Positions 37,027 to 50,899 of a stretch of DNA of 64,000 nt are shown here, one piece after another. This DNA comes from Dimorphilus gyrociliatus (lineage: Eukaryota; Animalia; Annelida). The position numbers were made by a program, and so were the translations under genes. The stretch is taken from positions 62,001-126,000 of the forward strand of contig CAJFCJ010000019.1 in NCBI GenBank assembly GCA_904063045.1, read 5' to 3'. Position 1 is the stretch's first letter; every line of letters begins with the position of its first letter. The notes beneath the pieces are model-generated. The model did no database searches and was not told the origin of the DNA. It was given only the letters and a program-made list of their open reading frames with translations.

Positions 37027-40000
37027 ATGTCTGTCAGAAGTCTTAATAGAAAATTCTTACTCATTTATACCATTATATGCTTTACAATAGTCTTTTCAGT
37101 TAGCGGAAAATTATCAGTAAGTCCTAATTTCATGCGGTTTTTTTATTTCCGCTTTTGACAATTTTTTAGAAACAATTACAAAATTCTGTTGATAAATATA
37201 AAGAAGAATTACCAGAATGCTCTATCAAGGAGTATGATAATCAAATAATAGATAAATGGCTTTCTTTTAATAAAGTAAGTCGCAAAGAATATAGTATATG
37301 GAATTTACAGAGCTAAACATATATTATTAATCTAGATTAAAGCTGCTTTATCGTGTCTTATTAAAAGATTAGAAGAGTTTCCGCGCGAAGGTGTATCCTG
37401 GGTAAAGTTATGCGAAGGTTTCAGACGGCTAGATGAAGATGTAAATGTTATAGATAGTTGTTTTAAACATGCTTCAAAATATGAGAAAGTTAATCTTCAA
37501 GGATGGCATTTTCTTGGACCTTTCGTAATAGGAAAGACAGAAATCGATGGAGATAGTATTTTTAGTTTTGGAAATATAACCGAAATATTAAGATCACGCT
37601 ATACGAAGAAAGAATTTTTTAGTGAATTGGTAATGAAAGGAACTGTATCGTGGAAACATATAGGACAATCGAAGGAAGGATATATCCAAATAATACCGAG
37701 CGTATTATGGAATGATTTAGTGAATACATTAGGTTCAATGGGCGTCACTGAATGGCAGGGTATGTTAGTCGGACATATACTGGTGGCTTCTGACAAGAAA
37801 ATTGTTCAAATGAGGTGTACTGGAGTCCATACAGTATACATTAATAATATACCTGTTGCAAACGATTTATATCATCGCCAGCAGTATTGGTTTAACGTAC
37901 CAGTTAAAAGAGGAATCAATCATATACTACTACGAGTAAGATCCAAAGTGAGATTTGATACGCAATGCATCGTTAGGATTTTAAACGAAGCCTCGCTGAT
38001 TGCATATCCACCTCATTTCTTACCTGACCTTCTTGACGGACACATCCTAAATGGTTATATACCATTGCCTGTTATTTACCCATCACAAGAAAAGTCAATC
38101 AGTATAGGAAAAATAAAGCTGAAAATCATAAAACAATCTTACGGTCGTCCTCTAACAATATCAATAAGAAATCAATTTTCTATAGTTGGAGGCCAAATTA
38201 CAACGTTACAGTTAATCGTTAAAACGAAAGATGGTAATAGAGTTGCTGAGGATTGCAGTAAAGGGAATTTAAAATTGACTATCAAAATAGCCGATCAGAC
38301 TTTAAATTTAGAATTGCTATGTCGAAATTTGGATCAGTCATTTGTCTTTACATTTGTAGACCACGATGATTCTATACAGCAAGCAGCCGCAATAGTACCA
38401 TTAAACAATTGCGGCCTTTGCTCTATTGTTCTAACTCTCCATGGAACGACTGTTCCTCCCCGTAATCATGCAGACAGCTACAAGCGAGGAGATGGTAAAG
38501 GAGATTTTATTTTTGGTATCGAAAACAGCTTCATTTTGGCTCCATCTAGGTTACTTTTTATTAGCTGCGCTCCTTCATGCTTTTAAAACGTTCCCATCAT
38601 TTTAGACATGGAGCACATAATTGGGAAGGACCTGGCTCTTTGACAGCCCTGACATCTCTAAGTGAATTTGAGAAACTTATTAAAACTTTGGATTTTATAC
38701 ATGACAAAGCTTCCTCAGAACATGTTATATATGCGGGTAATAAAACAGGGCGTGGGCGGGGGAGTGTGTTTATCTAAGTTTTAATCGTGATACATTCATT
38801 TTAATTCAATATCAGGTCATTCAATGGGTGGTCATGGAGCTTGGCACTTAGCCACTCATTATCCCGATAAAGCTCTTGGGGTGATCGCACTTGCAGGTTG
38901 GATTTCCAAGGAATCCTACGGTGATAGCAACTTATTTTTTGTGTGGGTTTGAGGAGTTTCTCTAATAAAGAGAACGTTTTAACTAATCGTTATATTATAA
39001 CAGTCACGACCAATCGCTAGATTTTACTGATCCTATAACCAAATACTTTCTTGAAGCGTCTATTGCAGAAAACAACGTGAATCGATTGGTTTCGAATTTA
39101 CACGTATGTATTATCTATTATTATTTTATACTATTATTCAAATTTAATCCCTTTTAAACATAAAAGGATATACCCATAATGGTAAGAGTTGGTAGCTCTG
39201 ACAGAACGGTTCATCCTTTTTTCTCTAGGAAAATGTTGAGATTGCTGAAACAACATTTATTAAATGTCACTTACTCAGAAATAAAGGGAAAAGAACATTG
39301 GTGGTGGGATACTTGGTGAGAACTTTATCCTATTATCTTCTTTTATATCACTGCTTTATTAAATAACTTTTCTTTTTAGGGAAACCAATGATGGTGGGGC
39401 AACAAATGACGAAGAGTTGAGGAAATTTACAATAGCAGCAGCATCTCTAGATGATATTAAGTGTGATAGTAATAAATGCAATAACGAAATGCCTCATTCT
39501 CTCTATCGCAAACAAACACAAACAAAGTTTCAAATAGTAGTAATTAATCCAGCTGGTTCAGGACCTGTTAATGGGCTGCATGTTCTTCGTCAAATTATAC
39601 CCATGAGAGAAACCATTATAAAAGTATTGTATAGCATACTCATTTGTTTAATAATCTTTATTAAAGCTGTCTTTTAAAATTTTAGGTTGAGAAACATGAA
39701 ACTTTTACCAATATTTCAACAAAAAATGCTGAAAAGTTGAGGTTTTCTGATGAATATTTTCATCATATATTGTACTTGGACGGTAATGAAGTTTTCACTG
39801 AAACACTGGATACAATCAAAATTAAGGACTTCTGTTTTATTGATGGTTGTATTTATTGTTTAGGACAAAAATCACGCGTCTCTTCTTTCAACTTGTTAAT
39901 TTTGCAGGAAAGTGGGAGAGATGTTTGAACGATGCTGATAAAAGAAATTTAAACACACTAGGTCCAGCTAGAAGAGTTGCGGAGCACAAGTTTGCAATTG

Positions 40001-40992
40001 TCTTGGGTAATATTGTTTGAAAATCAGAGGAACTCTGTCCGCTAATATCTTTTGATATTTAAGGAACTCTAAGCGACTCGGAAACGTTATCCCTCTTTCA
40101 ACATATGGGAGTTTACCTGGCAAATCAATTCTTTTTAACATCCGATTCTTATGTACCAATTATAAAGGATACAGATGTGAACAACTATGAAGGTTTTATA
40201 TACAAATTGATTTTGCATTTTACAAGCAACTAATAACAATCGATTTCCATTTCAATTAAGATTATAATCTTATCCTTATCGGGTCACCTAATAAAAATAG
40301 AGTAGCAAAATCTTTATCCAGTACTATACCGATTAAATTTACAGAAACAGGTTTAGTAGTTTCTTATACTTGAAATTTTTTCCCAGTAAAATAACTAACA
40401 TAAATTTAATTTTCGCTGCAAAACAGGAATAATTAAACTTGGTTCTTGTCAATGGTCGGATGCTGGTGTACTATCTTTAGCTCCAATATCAAACAAAGTG
40501 AGTACATTGCTCTAAATTTGGAGTTTTAATCATCTTAAAGTATATATACAGTATATATTAGTTTATATTGCATGTGTATAAAAAGAGATTATTTTTTATT
40601 TATTATTTTAATTGTAACTGTTTAATAATTGGATAAAAATTCTATCACGCCCCAAACACTAGCATGGACTAAATAATAGATTAGCGTTATTGCTTTACGC
40701 TACTAATATGGAAAGATTGCTTGACATTTTAAGTTTGGCATCACCTACTATACCTCCCATGGCAAGATCACCTGTAAGTGTTATTAATATTTCTCTTTGT
40801 ATTACTAATTTTACGTTTCTTTCTCATTCCTTAACCGTGATTGTATAGTTTTCAAATCTGATACCTGACTTTATCATTACAAATCGAGACTTTCGTTCAA
40901 CTGGCCATGGTAGTTATGATTGTACAGGATTTTGGGATAACGACTGGCGTTTTAGATCTCATCTTGTTTCATGTTCACATTGCACAACTTAA
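37027..40992 (+). CDS. Large secreted alpha/beta-hydrolase, peptidase S9-like (multi-exon)
   Basis: Signal-peptide-like first exon (MSVRSLNRKFLLIYTIICFTIVFSVSG). Nucleophile motif GHSMGGHG, plus GSSDRTV (Asp) and KEHWWWD (His), and an HNWEGPG motif. Confidence 0.8.
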
Positions 40993-41721
40993 TTTACGGA
41001 AATTTCGCTTTTCATTAATTTAAATTAAACTTGTATAAAGTTCATCTTTTTAGAAAATTAAAATGCTTTTAACAATGAAATAAAATACCCAAATGCCTTG
41101 TCTATTTGTGGGATTTGCTTTTAATAATGGAATCATTCATCATTATTGCATTCAAAGGAATACTTTAAAGTCTTTTTTTCACTGTAAAAATCATTAGAAA
41201 AGATAAAAATGTTCTTTTAATAGGTTTAAATTTTTGTTCTTAATAGTTTAGAAATTAGAAACATTTCTCTTCTTGCTTCTTTTGTCTTAAATATTTCTTC
41301 GAGGATTATTTAAAGGATTTTATGTAAAATGACAATAATGCTCTTGATATTTTTTTGTCACGAATCCTTTATATTTATTGAATTATCTTTCTCGTACATT
41401 TTCTTATGTTCTTTAATCCACTATACATTAGAAAATCTTCTGATGAATTATGCCTTATTCTTCGCAGTTTTCCTTTTTAACTCTCTGATTTCAATTAAAA
41501 ACAATTTCTTCCTTTGATTATTAAATAGGTCATGAATAGCCGAAGATGCTTTTTATGTTATTACACAGTATATCTTTTATAAAGGTTATTATTGTAATTG
41601 TATTTTGGATAAAAGAGTTTAAAGAAATGTTTAAGGCGTGTCATTTCTCAAACACTTTTACACCGCACAGTCCTGACCTCTACTGCAAATGTAAACTGTA
41701 CTAGGCGCCCTGACTTCAAAC

Positions 41722-44700
41722 ATGAAGCTCTTCTTCATCCTTTTGTTCCATTCATGTATCCCGACAATTACGTCATGTAATGGATCTTCTAATTCAAATT
41801 TGTAAGTCTCTCATTTGTGAATGAGATTGTTATTTTGAATAGGAAAAATAACATTGCTTTTAAATATTTGTAAATGTAGGTTTTTAATTGAAAATGTATT
41901 ACACTTTTCAACCATAGAAATATGTCGTATGAAAAGAAGATTATTTTGGATTTATTGGCAAATTACAAACTTGTAGGACTCAATGGGCGACCTGTAATTA
42001 ATGATAGTACAGCTACAATTGTAGAATTAGGACTTGGATTGGTACAAATTGACCTTGATGAAAAGAATAGAGTACTGACTACCAGTATGTGGGTTAAGCA
42101 CGTAAGTAAACTAAATTAGGTATATTAAAGTAGTTTTTAGCTTTCTTTGAAAATGTTTAAAAGCTTATTCCTTTAAAAAAAAATATTTGAAAATTTGTTA
42201 GAAATGGCAAGATGAATATCTTAGATGGTCCCCAGAAGACTATGGAGGTTTAGTTAAAATAAGAATAAATCCAAAGTTTGTATGGAAACCAGATATAATG
42301 CTCTATAATACGTGAGTTTAACCATTCAATACTTTTAATAGTTAAAAAAACTTGTATGAAAAAACCAATAGAGCTGCAGTAAAAATTGACGAAAGAGAAG
42401 CTTTAATGGTTGTCACACATACTGGGAAAGTTCAATGGCTGCCTCATCAAATTTTTAAATCGTCCTGCTCAGTTGATGTTCGATCTTTTCCTTTTGACGA
42501 ACAACACTGTCAATTATGGTTTGGCTCTTGGACATACTTTAACAGTGAAATTGACGCTCGTTTATTTAAGAAGGCGAAAGGAATTGACCTAAGGGCCTTT
42601 CAAACCGATTATAAAGAGAGTTGTCCGTGGGAGATTGCTAATACAACAGCGAAAAAATTGTTTTTTCCCTCTCAAAAAGATGCTTTTGGAGTGTTAACGT
42701 TTTCATTAAGCTTGAAGAGGAAATTTGTGTTTACATCCTATGTTCTAACGTTGCCTTGCGTATTTTTGGCGGCCCTTTCTTTATTAGTTTTCCTCCTACC
42801 ACCAGATAGACCAGATAGAACATCATTAGCTATGTCTACTTTTTCTTCATTCTTAGTTCTACTACTAATACTAGTAGAAGCTGCACCACCAACTGCCTCC
42901 AACATACCACTATTAGGTAAGTTATCAATAACAAGATATAAAGATTTACAGCATACTATACATACGATACACAGTTGGCAAAAAATTATAGATACTCTGA
43001 ATTGCGTGTAGAATGGTTGTTTCTATTATTACAGGAGATGGCATAATAATTATCTATTATTTACAGTAAATCTCTATTGCATGAAAAATAAATTCCTATG
43101 ATGCTTATAAAGTTTTAATCAACATTCTTATATAAAAATGTGGAAAAAATTGCACATACACCATAATATATTATCATCATTTCGTCCTTCAATTAATTCT
43201 ATCATATAGTGAAAGATGAAGTAATAATATACTGTATAAGAGTTTCAAAAATGATACCCCCCTTTTAAAACTATAATATCCGTCATTCTTAACTGATCAA
43301 CATATTCTATAGTTTTTAATGTAATTATTTTATACCTGGAAAATATCTTTGAAAACATGGATAAGAATGTTAAGTAGTATAGATAGTTTTGATTAAATCT
43401 CCCTTAAAAGATTTATTATTTTTATGTCAACTAAGCAAAAAACAATTAAGTGTTTGATAAACAATCTTTTAATGAAATATATTATTCATAAGAAATTTTT
43501 CCACCATTTTTATACAGTCGCGATATTAAGTGATTATAAGAAGAGTAAAAATGTCTAAAAATCGAAATATTTTGATTTAGGAATAAAGTGTATGGTTGTG
43601 AATATTTTTTTGTATAGGATAGATGACTTGTGAAACATGATGGAAAATTTCAGATAAATATCTATATTTTAAGAATCAATTTATCTTTCTTTTTTACCAT
43701 ACTATGAATTTAGACAGCTATTAAGTAATTATAACATCATCATTATGACCTCATAATTATTAAAAAATGTATCAGCTGTCTTTAGAAATCTGCAAAGATA
43801 TCCTGTTCCACTTAAGCAGGCCAAAATTGACCATTCAAGGCATAACAGCAAAATTTAATTGCAGCCCAGTTACAGTGCAGAATATAAAGAATCAGTTCAA
43901 GCAATTTAGAACAATAAATGACCTGCATATGTCTGGTAGACCACATAAAATCGCCAGGAGAAATTTGAAAGAGCTGTGGGAAATTTTTGAGAAGGAATTT
44001 TTCAAAATATCAAATTTTGAGATACAGGGATTGTATGCCTCTATTGAAAGGAGGCTAAATGCAGTAAGAAAGGCAAAAGGCATACATACCAAGTATTAAA
44101 TTTGAAAATTTTATCATTTACAATCATTTGCCTATCTAAAAATGTATAAGTAAAATAAAAAAAGTACTTTTGATGGACCTGATTGATTTGTTATAATTAC
44201 TTAATAGCGGTCTAAATTCATAGTATTGTAAAAAAAAGAATGAAAAACTGATGATTAAAATATAGATATTTTAAAAAATTTTGCCTAAGTCATCTCTCTT
44301 ACAGAAAAAATTATTCCTAACCATAAACTTCATTTGTAAATCAAGATATTTGGAATTTTAGATATTTTTACTCTTGTTATAATTACTTAATAGCGCGACT
44401 GTATAGTGATATAGTTGACCTGAATTTTACAAATATATAAGCAACATTAGAATTTTTTTCTTCCCATTGCTGTGATTTACTACACATAAGACAACTATTA
44501 TATCATCTTTTCTCTCTAATAACAGAAACAAGCATGATATACAGAATTTTAGTGTTTTTAGGATATATATTATATTATATATAAAATTTATACTTATATT
44601 TTTACATTGTGTCAATGATACGACCATAATTCCCCTTGTTTAGGAATTTATTACTGTTTTAACATGGTAATTATTGTCCTCTCACTCTTCCTTTCTACAA

Positions 44701-45199
44701 TTGTTGTTAATATTAGTAGAGCTGGTGGCAATGGTATTCCGGTCCCGTACTGGTTACAAAAGGTATTTTATTATTTTCGGAACTATAAGTCTATTTATGT
44801 GTTTTAATGTGAAATTATTAAATAATTTAATTAATGATTAGTATTTAATTTTTTATTTCCCTAATGCAGATTACATCTTCTTCGTTAATAAAGATTTTCT
44901 TTATTCGACCTATTTCGCTGTCGAACAGCGAAAATAAATATTATTTTTACGAAGTCAATGAGAGATTTAGGGAAATTTTCTCGAAAAAAGAAGGTTTCCA
45001 ACAAAATTTACCTGAAACGGCAAATCTTTTTGAATTATTGGAGAACAAATTAAACCGAGAAGAACGACTAGTTCGCTTGAATACTCAATGGATAGTCGCT
45101 GCTCGAATTTTGGATAGATTGTTTTTTGTAATATATTTCTTGGCAATTTCGTTATCACTATTGTTACTATTTCCACGACCAAACTCAAATTTTATTTAG
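41722..45199 (+). CDS. Cys-loop ligand-gated ion channel subunit, nAChR-like, non-alpha
   Basis: Signal peptide, WKPDIMLYN, Cys-loop CSVDVRSFPFDEQHC, GSWTY, TM1-TM3, and TM4 region QWIVAARILDRLFF. No vicinal Cys in loop C. Confidence 0.92.
43515..44401 (+). mobile_element. Tc1/mariner IR/DR-type element, internally deleted, in a channel-gene intron
   Basis: TA|CAGTCGCG...CGCGACTG|TA ends. Imperfect terminal inverted repeats of about 215-220 bp, each bounded by a 20-bp repeat (gctattaagtaattataaca). Internal ORF with Tc1 signatures. Confidence 0.9.
43767..44099 (+). pseudogene. Truncated Tc1 transposase ORF (110 aa)
   Basis: An N-terminal HTH-like region and SGRPHK (GRPRK-like) are fused in frame to the typical Tc1 C-terminus LYASIERRLNAVRKAKGIHTKY*. 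The DDE domain is absent. Confidence 0.85.
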
Positions 45200-45217
45200 A
45201 TAGATAATTTCGAAAAA

Positions 45218-47620
45218 CTAGATAACGTTTTGAAACGGTTTATTTTCTTCTTTTTTCAAATTGTTCATTTGCTTTTTTCTTGATTGATGAACTGCTAAGG
45301 TTACCATAAAAATAAAAGCAGCTATAATATATAATCCAGGAAAAGTTATTATTAATGCTACTCTTAAATTAACAGCTTTTCTTATAGGCGTGACAAAAAG
45401 GTTCATATTACCACCAATAATCTATAAAAATTTAGAGATAGCTTACAGAATATTCAGAATTAATCAACTGTTTACCTGAATAATAAAGAAGTAAACAGCT
45501 ACAGAAGAGGCTGTTAAATCATTTGGAACCAAATCGATTACGAGGGCAATACAAACTCCTATCCACATCTCTCCAAACAAATATGCAAATATATGCGCGA
45601 TCCAGGTCCACGGATACGGTAAAAGTAAAGTTCCAATCTGGCATGGAGCGCTTACTATAAGACAAGATATCACTACAGTTAATCTTGATTTTATAACTGA
45701 ATTTTTCCGATCTTTTGAAGACAACTTATCCGAAAGAAATCCACCGGCAAAAGCTCCTAGTGATCCAAAAATTAGAGGTATCCAAGACATCCATTGTTCA
45801 ATCTAAGAGAGAAAGGAAGTATTTTATTACCAGTTCATCTACATGTCCCAAATGATGCCTTAAACCTCCGCTCTGCCTTTCTCCCTTAGCGCTTAACTAA
45901 ATAGAACTTTTTGGATAGAAACTTTTGATAAAACAATAAATTAGAATAAAAAAATCCCGCAGAAAGTAAGATCTAGTTGAAAAAAGTCTAATTTGGACTG
46001 TAGGTTTTTAAATTGTTGGTTCTAATTCTCTTTTTCAGCGGCACTTGACACTTAAATCTGCTTTACTTACATTTACAGAAGGATGATATTGATTGAAGAA
46101 ATTACGAATGTTGTATGCCCACACAATACCAGCGCCATTTCTTAAAGCCCCACCGAAGCATAAGAGTAGTAAAACTGGATCGATAAAGTGTTTAACCGAT
46201 ACTTTTAATTTGGAAGCCATTGTTGATAGCTGCTCCAGAGCTTTCTAGAAGAATTATAAATGTTTAAAGCTTATTAATTTAGGAGGAGACGAATTGTTTC
46301 TAAATACTATACAGTATTTATATCAAAACTAACGGAATCATCATCGTTTTCACCTCTTGATGGATCTTTGACAGTTAATAATATTACAATTCCAATAAGT
46401 ATTCCGGGACTTCCAGCAATAAAATATACCGCCTTCCATCCTAGTTTCTTTTCAGCTATCAATAGGACAAAAGTCAAACTGTAACCGAGATAAACTCCCC
46501 AATTATAGAATCCCAAAGCAGCTCCTCTATAAGGCTTCGATAGTTAAGAGAAAAATAATATGTTTTGTAATGAAGAATACGTAAGGAGTGTATTAATATT
46601 AATCTATATATTCGATAGATTAAAATTTTCGATAAACAGGGATTAGCATTAAAAAAAAAGTAAAAGTACACTTTTTATACCTTTGGAAAATAATTTGATA
46701 TAAGACTTGCACAAAATGGAACGCAACCTGCCGAACTAAAAATAAAGGAAACGTAAGAAAAGATAAATTATCCAACAGATGGCATTAGTAAAATTTTAAA
46801 ATCATGTGAAAGATGTTATGTGGCCAAGAAACCATACTACTTTATGATTTATATTTGTTATTACTTATGCTTAATTGACATATTAGAAAATTAATTTTCG
46901 TAAAGTATACTTACAAAATTCCTAATAATAATCTTGTTAGAGCCAAATGCCAGTATTGAGTAGAAAAGGCACACAGAAAGGTCATTAAACTCCAAAAAAT
47001 GGCACAAACACCTAGTATAATCTTTCTATTAATGTTATTCAATTCGGAAATTAAACCTGTGTTATTATAAGACACTTTTTTAAATATGATAAATAAATAT
47101 CTCAAAGAAACTATGAATGGAAAAACCGTGTATTACTACCTAAGGGGATTCCTGATAGGCTAAATAGTACAATATACAATGGACCGGCAAGAAGTTGATA
47201 TGAAAGACCGGTTCCTAAATATTTCCAGTAACATGCATTTGGATCTTTGTTTTGTTCACACCAAATGCTGTCGTTTCTTTGACAAAACTTGTCCGTAATC
47301 GTTAAATTTAATGTGCCTGAGAAGTAGCTTTTATTCTTCACTGAACATTCCTTGTCGCCATATTTAATATCTTGCGCCATGCTATTATTGGTAGCTACTA
47401 GTGAAAATCTTTATTCCAAAGAGGAAAAAGTGAATTTTTAGCGTTTATTAGCTTAAGATACAAGAATATTTTAAATGATAACTAACGTGTTACATTGATT
47501 AACCATATAAGCCAACATTAATAAGGATAGAACATAAAGCGAGTATCGGTTTTTTCTTAAGAACTTCTTAATATTATTGTTTTGAGGCTTGTCTTCACTC
47601 AATTTAAAGTTGTCCGACAT
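45218..47620 (-). CDS. MFS transporter, spinster-like family (multi-exon)
   Basis: YQLLAGPLYIVLFSLSGIPLG, RKIILGVCAIFWSLMT, WHLALTRLLLG, YNWGVYLGYSL, GGALRNGAGIVWAYN and FGEMWIGVC. First exon at 47620 (MSDNFKL...). Confidence 0.88.
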
Positions 47621-48063
47621 TTTTATACGATGAAGTAATTAAATTGGATACCTGTTAATGTTTTTAAGTAACCAAGATTAAACATCCACAGAGTTCATAA
47701 AAGAGAAGCATGCGAATAACACATTTTGCAATAAAATGCAGCACACTATGTCTATAATCAATAGCGTATAAGCGTGTAATAACTTACCGATCTTTGTTAA
47801 AACTTATATCCGATAAGAGAATTTGATTAATCACGTGTTGATTAACTCAATTATTAAGAATTAATATTGTTATTGTTTATAAACAATAAAGTGTACTTGA
47901 TGAAGTATTCTATAAGATTTGAGTATCCAATTATAACAGTTTTATAAAAATCTAAATAACACACAACTTCTTAATCTTTCTACGTTTCACATAATCAGAA
48001 TGACAGTCACACTTGAAATTAGGTCTGAGGCTAGCCTAATGTCTATTTATATACCATATGCTG

Positions 48064-48070
<7 letters not shown>

Positions 48071-48096
<26 letters not shown>

Positions 48097-48959
48097 GGAT
48101 ATTTACGCTGTTTGTTTAACATCTGATTGTTAACAACCATTTTCTTAGCGATTGATGAGTCTTTAATCGCTTTGTTACGTAATTACCTTGGCCTATTTTT
48201 TCCGAATAGCTTTCCAAGTTTACATACGACAATAACCGTTGATACATAGTATATAACTATCTACATGTGCCGTATAAAGTTGCGAATTGCATGAGGATGA
48301 TTGAAGGGAACATAGATTAGAGAATTAATTATCCTTTTCCTGCCCTTTAAGCGTTTAATTTATTTATCTCTGATGATCTGTTTTATGTATAAAGATAGGG
48401 AGAAAGAGAGAGAGAGAGAGAGAGAGCGAGAAAGAGAGAGTAAAGAGGGAAAAAAGAAAAAAGTCTTTTTTATAATTGTAAATATTTATTTTTTTTTTCA
48501 TTATCCTTTTAAAAGGTGATGAATAATTTGTTTCAGACAACAAAAATAGATTGAGGGAAAATATAGAAGTGATGGTAAGGAGACGTGTAGGAAAGTGAGG
48601 TAAGCGTGAAGGGTGGGGGAGGAGGCGAAAAGAACGATAATTATAGGAAAAAGAAAGAAATTTATAGAAAACTCAAAATTGAATAGAGAACATAAATATT
48701 TTCATAAGTTCTTTCGGTAATACTTTGCCAGATAGCATAATCTATCGATATCGATATGTGGACAACGAACCGGCCATGAACGACATTGTTGGCAAGCTGC
48801 AATAGCCACTGATATTAAATTCGTTCGTTTTTCACTTCGTAAATTGTTGGAATCATCAACTGGAAAAAAGATAAAATAATGAGTTAATGCATTGTGTAAT
48901 TTATTTAAAAAAGAATATGAAGAAGAAGAAAAGAAGAAGAAGGAGAAGAAGAAGAAGAA
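48071..48959. repeat. Microsatellite cluster: (TA)n 48071-48096, (GA)n about 48405-48440, (GAA)n about 48919-48959
   Basis: Read directly from the sequence. Confidence 0.85.
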
Positions 48960-50899
48960 TAAGAGAATTAACTAATTAAATAAAAGAAATATTAATAATA
49001 AGAGACTGAAAGCATAAAAAAAGAATTAGAAAATAGTAGAATATTTATAAATATTAGATTAAAAAGGAAAGAGAAAATATACTAGAAAATATTACCGTAA
49101 GTAGCCGAAGCTAAGTTTGAAATTAAGCAAAATAAAAGACAAGCAAATACAACTTCTTTAGTCGACATTTTTTAGTCAACAGCTAAAAGAGTAATCCTTC
49201 ACGGTCTTTTGTTTCTATTCTAATATACACTTTTAAATAATCTCCCACCTTTATATATACATGTGTGTGTATATATATAAATACGTTTATGTATGGAAAT
49301 TTAAACGTATAACATAAATTAATAATATATTAAAAATATATATAATTATGACGTATATTATAGAAAGCGTTACCACGCAAAAAGAATATGTTTATCGTTA
49401 AAGTAGCCAATAGACGATCGACTTTAATTTGTTTTTCACTTCAAAATTATTTTGTTTGATACGTAAAACTTAAAAAAACAAAAAAGAATAAACTCCCCCT
49501 TAAAGGTAAGTATATGATAACCTGATTAAAAATAACATTTAACTGATTAATTATTCATAAAAGCTTAAAAAGAAAGTATTGTATATAAAATATATAAAAA
49601 AAAGAAAGATTAATTAGTGGTAATTGATGGAAAGTAATTGTTATTATTTCATTTTCACGTATATTTATAGTGAAATATACAGTATCTACTTTATATCAAA
49701 ACTTTTGATAAAGCTAATATCGAATAGAGAGTATGAAAATTAACAATAAAATCTAATCAGTTAGAGCATTTATTAATCGGTTTATATAGATGAATATTGT
49801 TATTTATTTTCTAATAGGATATTCCCAAATAAGTCAAAAGTTTTCATTATTCAAATATAGTATATACACTAATATATATATTTATATACAGTATAATAAG
49901 TATATACGTTTATATACGAAATATCTTTACTTCTTTGCTTGTATAGAAAAACAACCGCTTTCACTACACATCCTTCAATCCAAATAATAGGGCTGACATA
50001 TAAGACTTATTACGGTATTCAGTCCTTTAAAGAAGCAAAAGAGAAACCCTAAGTTTATTCTATAAGAATGAAATTAATGCATGCTGGAAAGTTATATTTA
50101 GTTGAAAAATTGGCAAAAAAGGAAATAATAATCTTATATTAAATTAAGCAAAGACAGTAATCTTAGTCTCTAAAATTAGTGAACCAATCATCATTCAATA
50201 CAAGAGATGGAGATTCTTTTTTAAGTATTAGAAGCAACTAAGTACTCTCTATAATAATTATATCCTATAAAAATGACAAGGAAGTGACTAATCATTTATA
50301 AAATGATATTATAGCTAGTTGAAACTGACTATAAAAGTTTTTTATACTTTTTATTCATATAGCTTTCATATACGATATATAGAACATTAAATATAACGGC
50401 TTGTAGCAAAATTAAAGAGGTAATATAATTTTCTTGTCCAGGTAACCATACCAATTATTTTTAAAAGTCCCGCTAACATATTGTCTTTTCTTTTAATTAA
50501 GTATTTTTATCTTAATAGTTCAATGCTCTTAGTACAATAGCTCAATACTATATAGGAGATCTATAAGAGGGGTGGGGGATGGGGAGGAGACGTACTAAAT
50601 TTCTATTGCAATCTCATCAACATACACCATGTAGTATATACCAATATATTATACATTGCATGTAGTTAGGCTTATATAGTAAAAATCTCGTTCTCTTATA
50701 GTAACAGAGTGATGTTTAAAAAGAGTCATCGAGTGTACACGTAGAAAACTAAGTAGGGAGCATTTATTGAAAATGGAAAGGGAAAAAAAAAACAGTACAG
50801 AGTACAAAGTATGTAGAGCATCCCTACAAGCAGACCATTTCGGTTCTCTACATATCTGTAATATGATAGTATCTCTTGTCGATAGACTACAAACAAGTA

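Noticed and set aside
47700-50870. ORFs in the AT-rich spacer (49790, 50649, 50726, 50767)
   Set aside because: Low-complexity Ile/Tyr/Phe-rich translations typical of AT-rich non-coding DNA.
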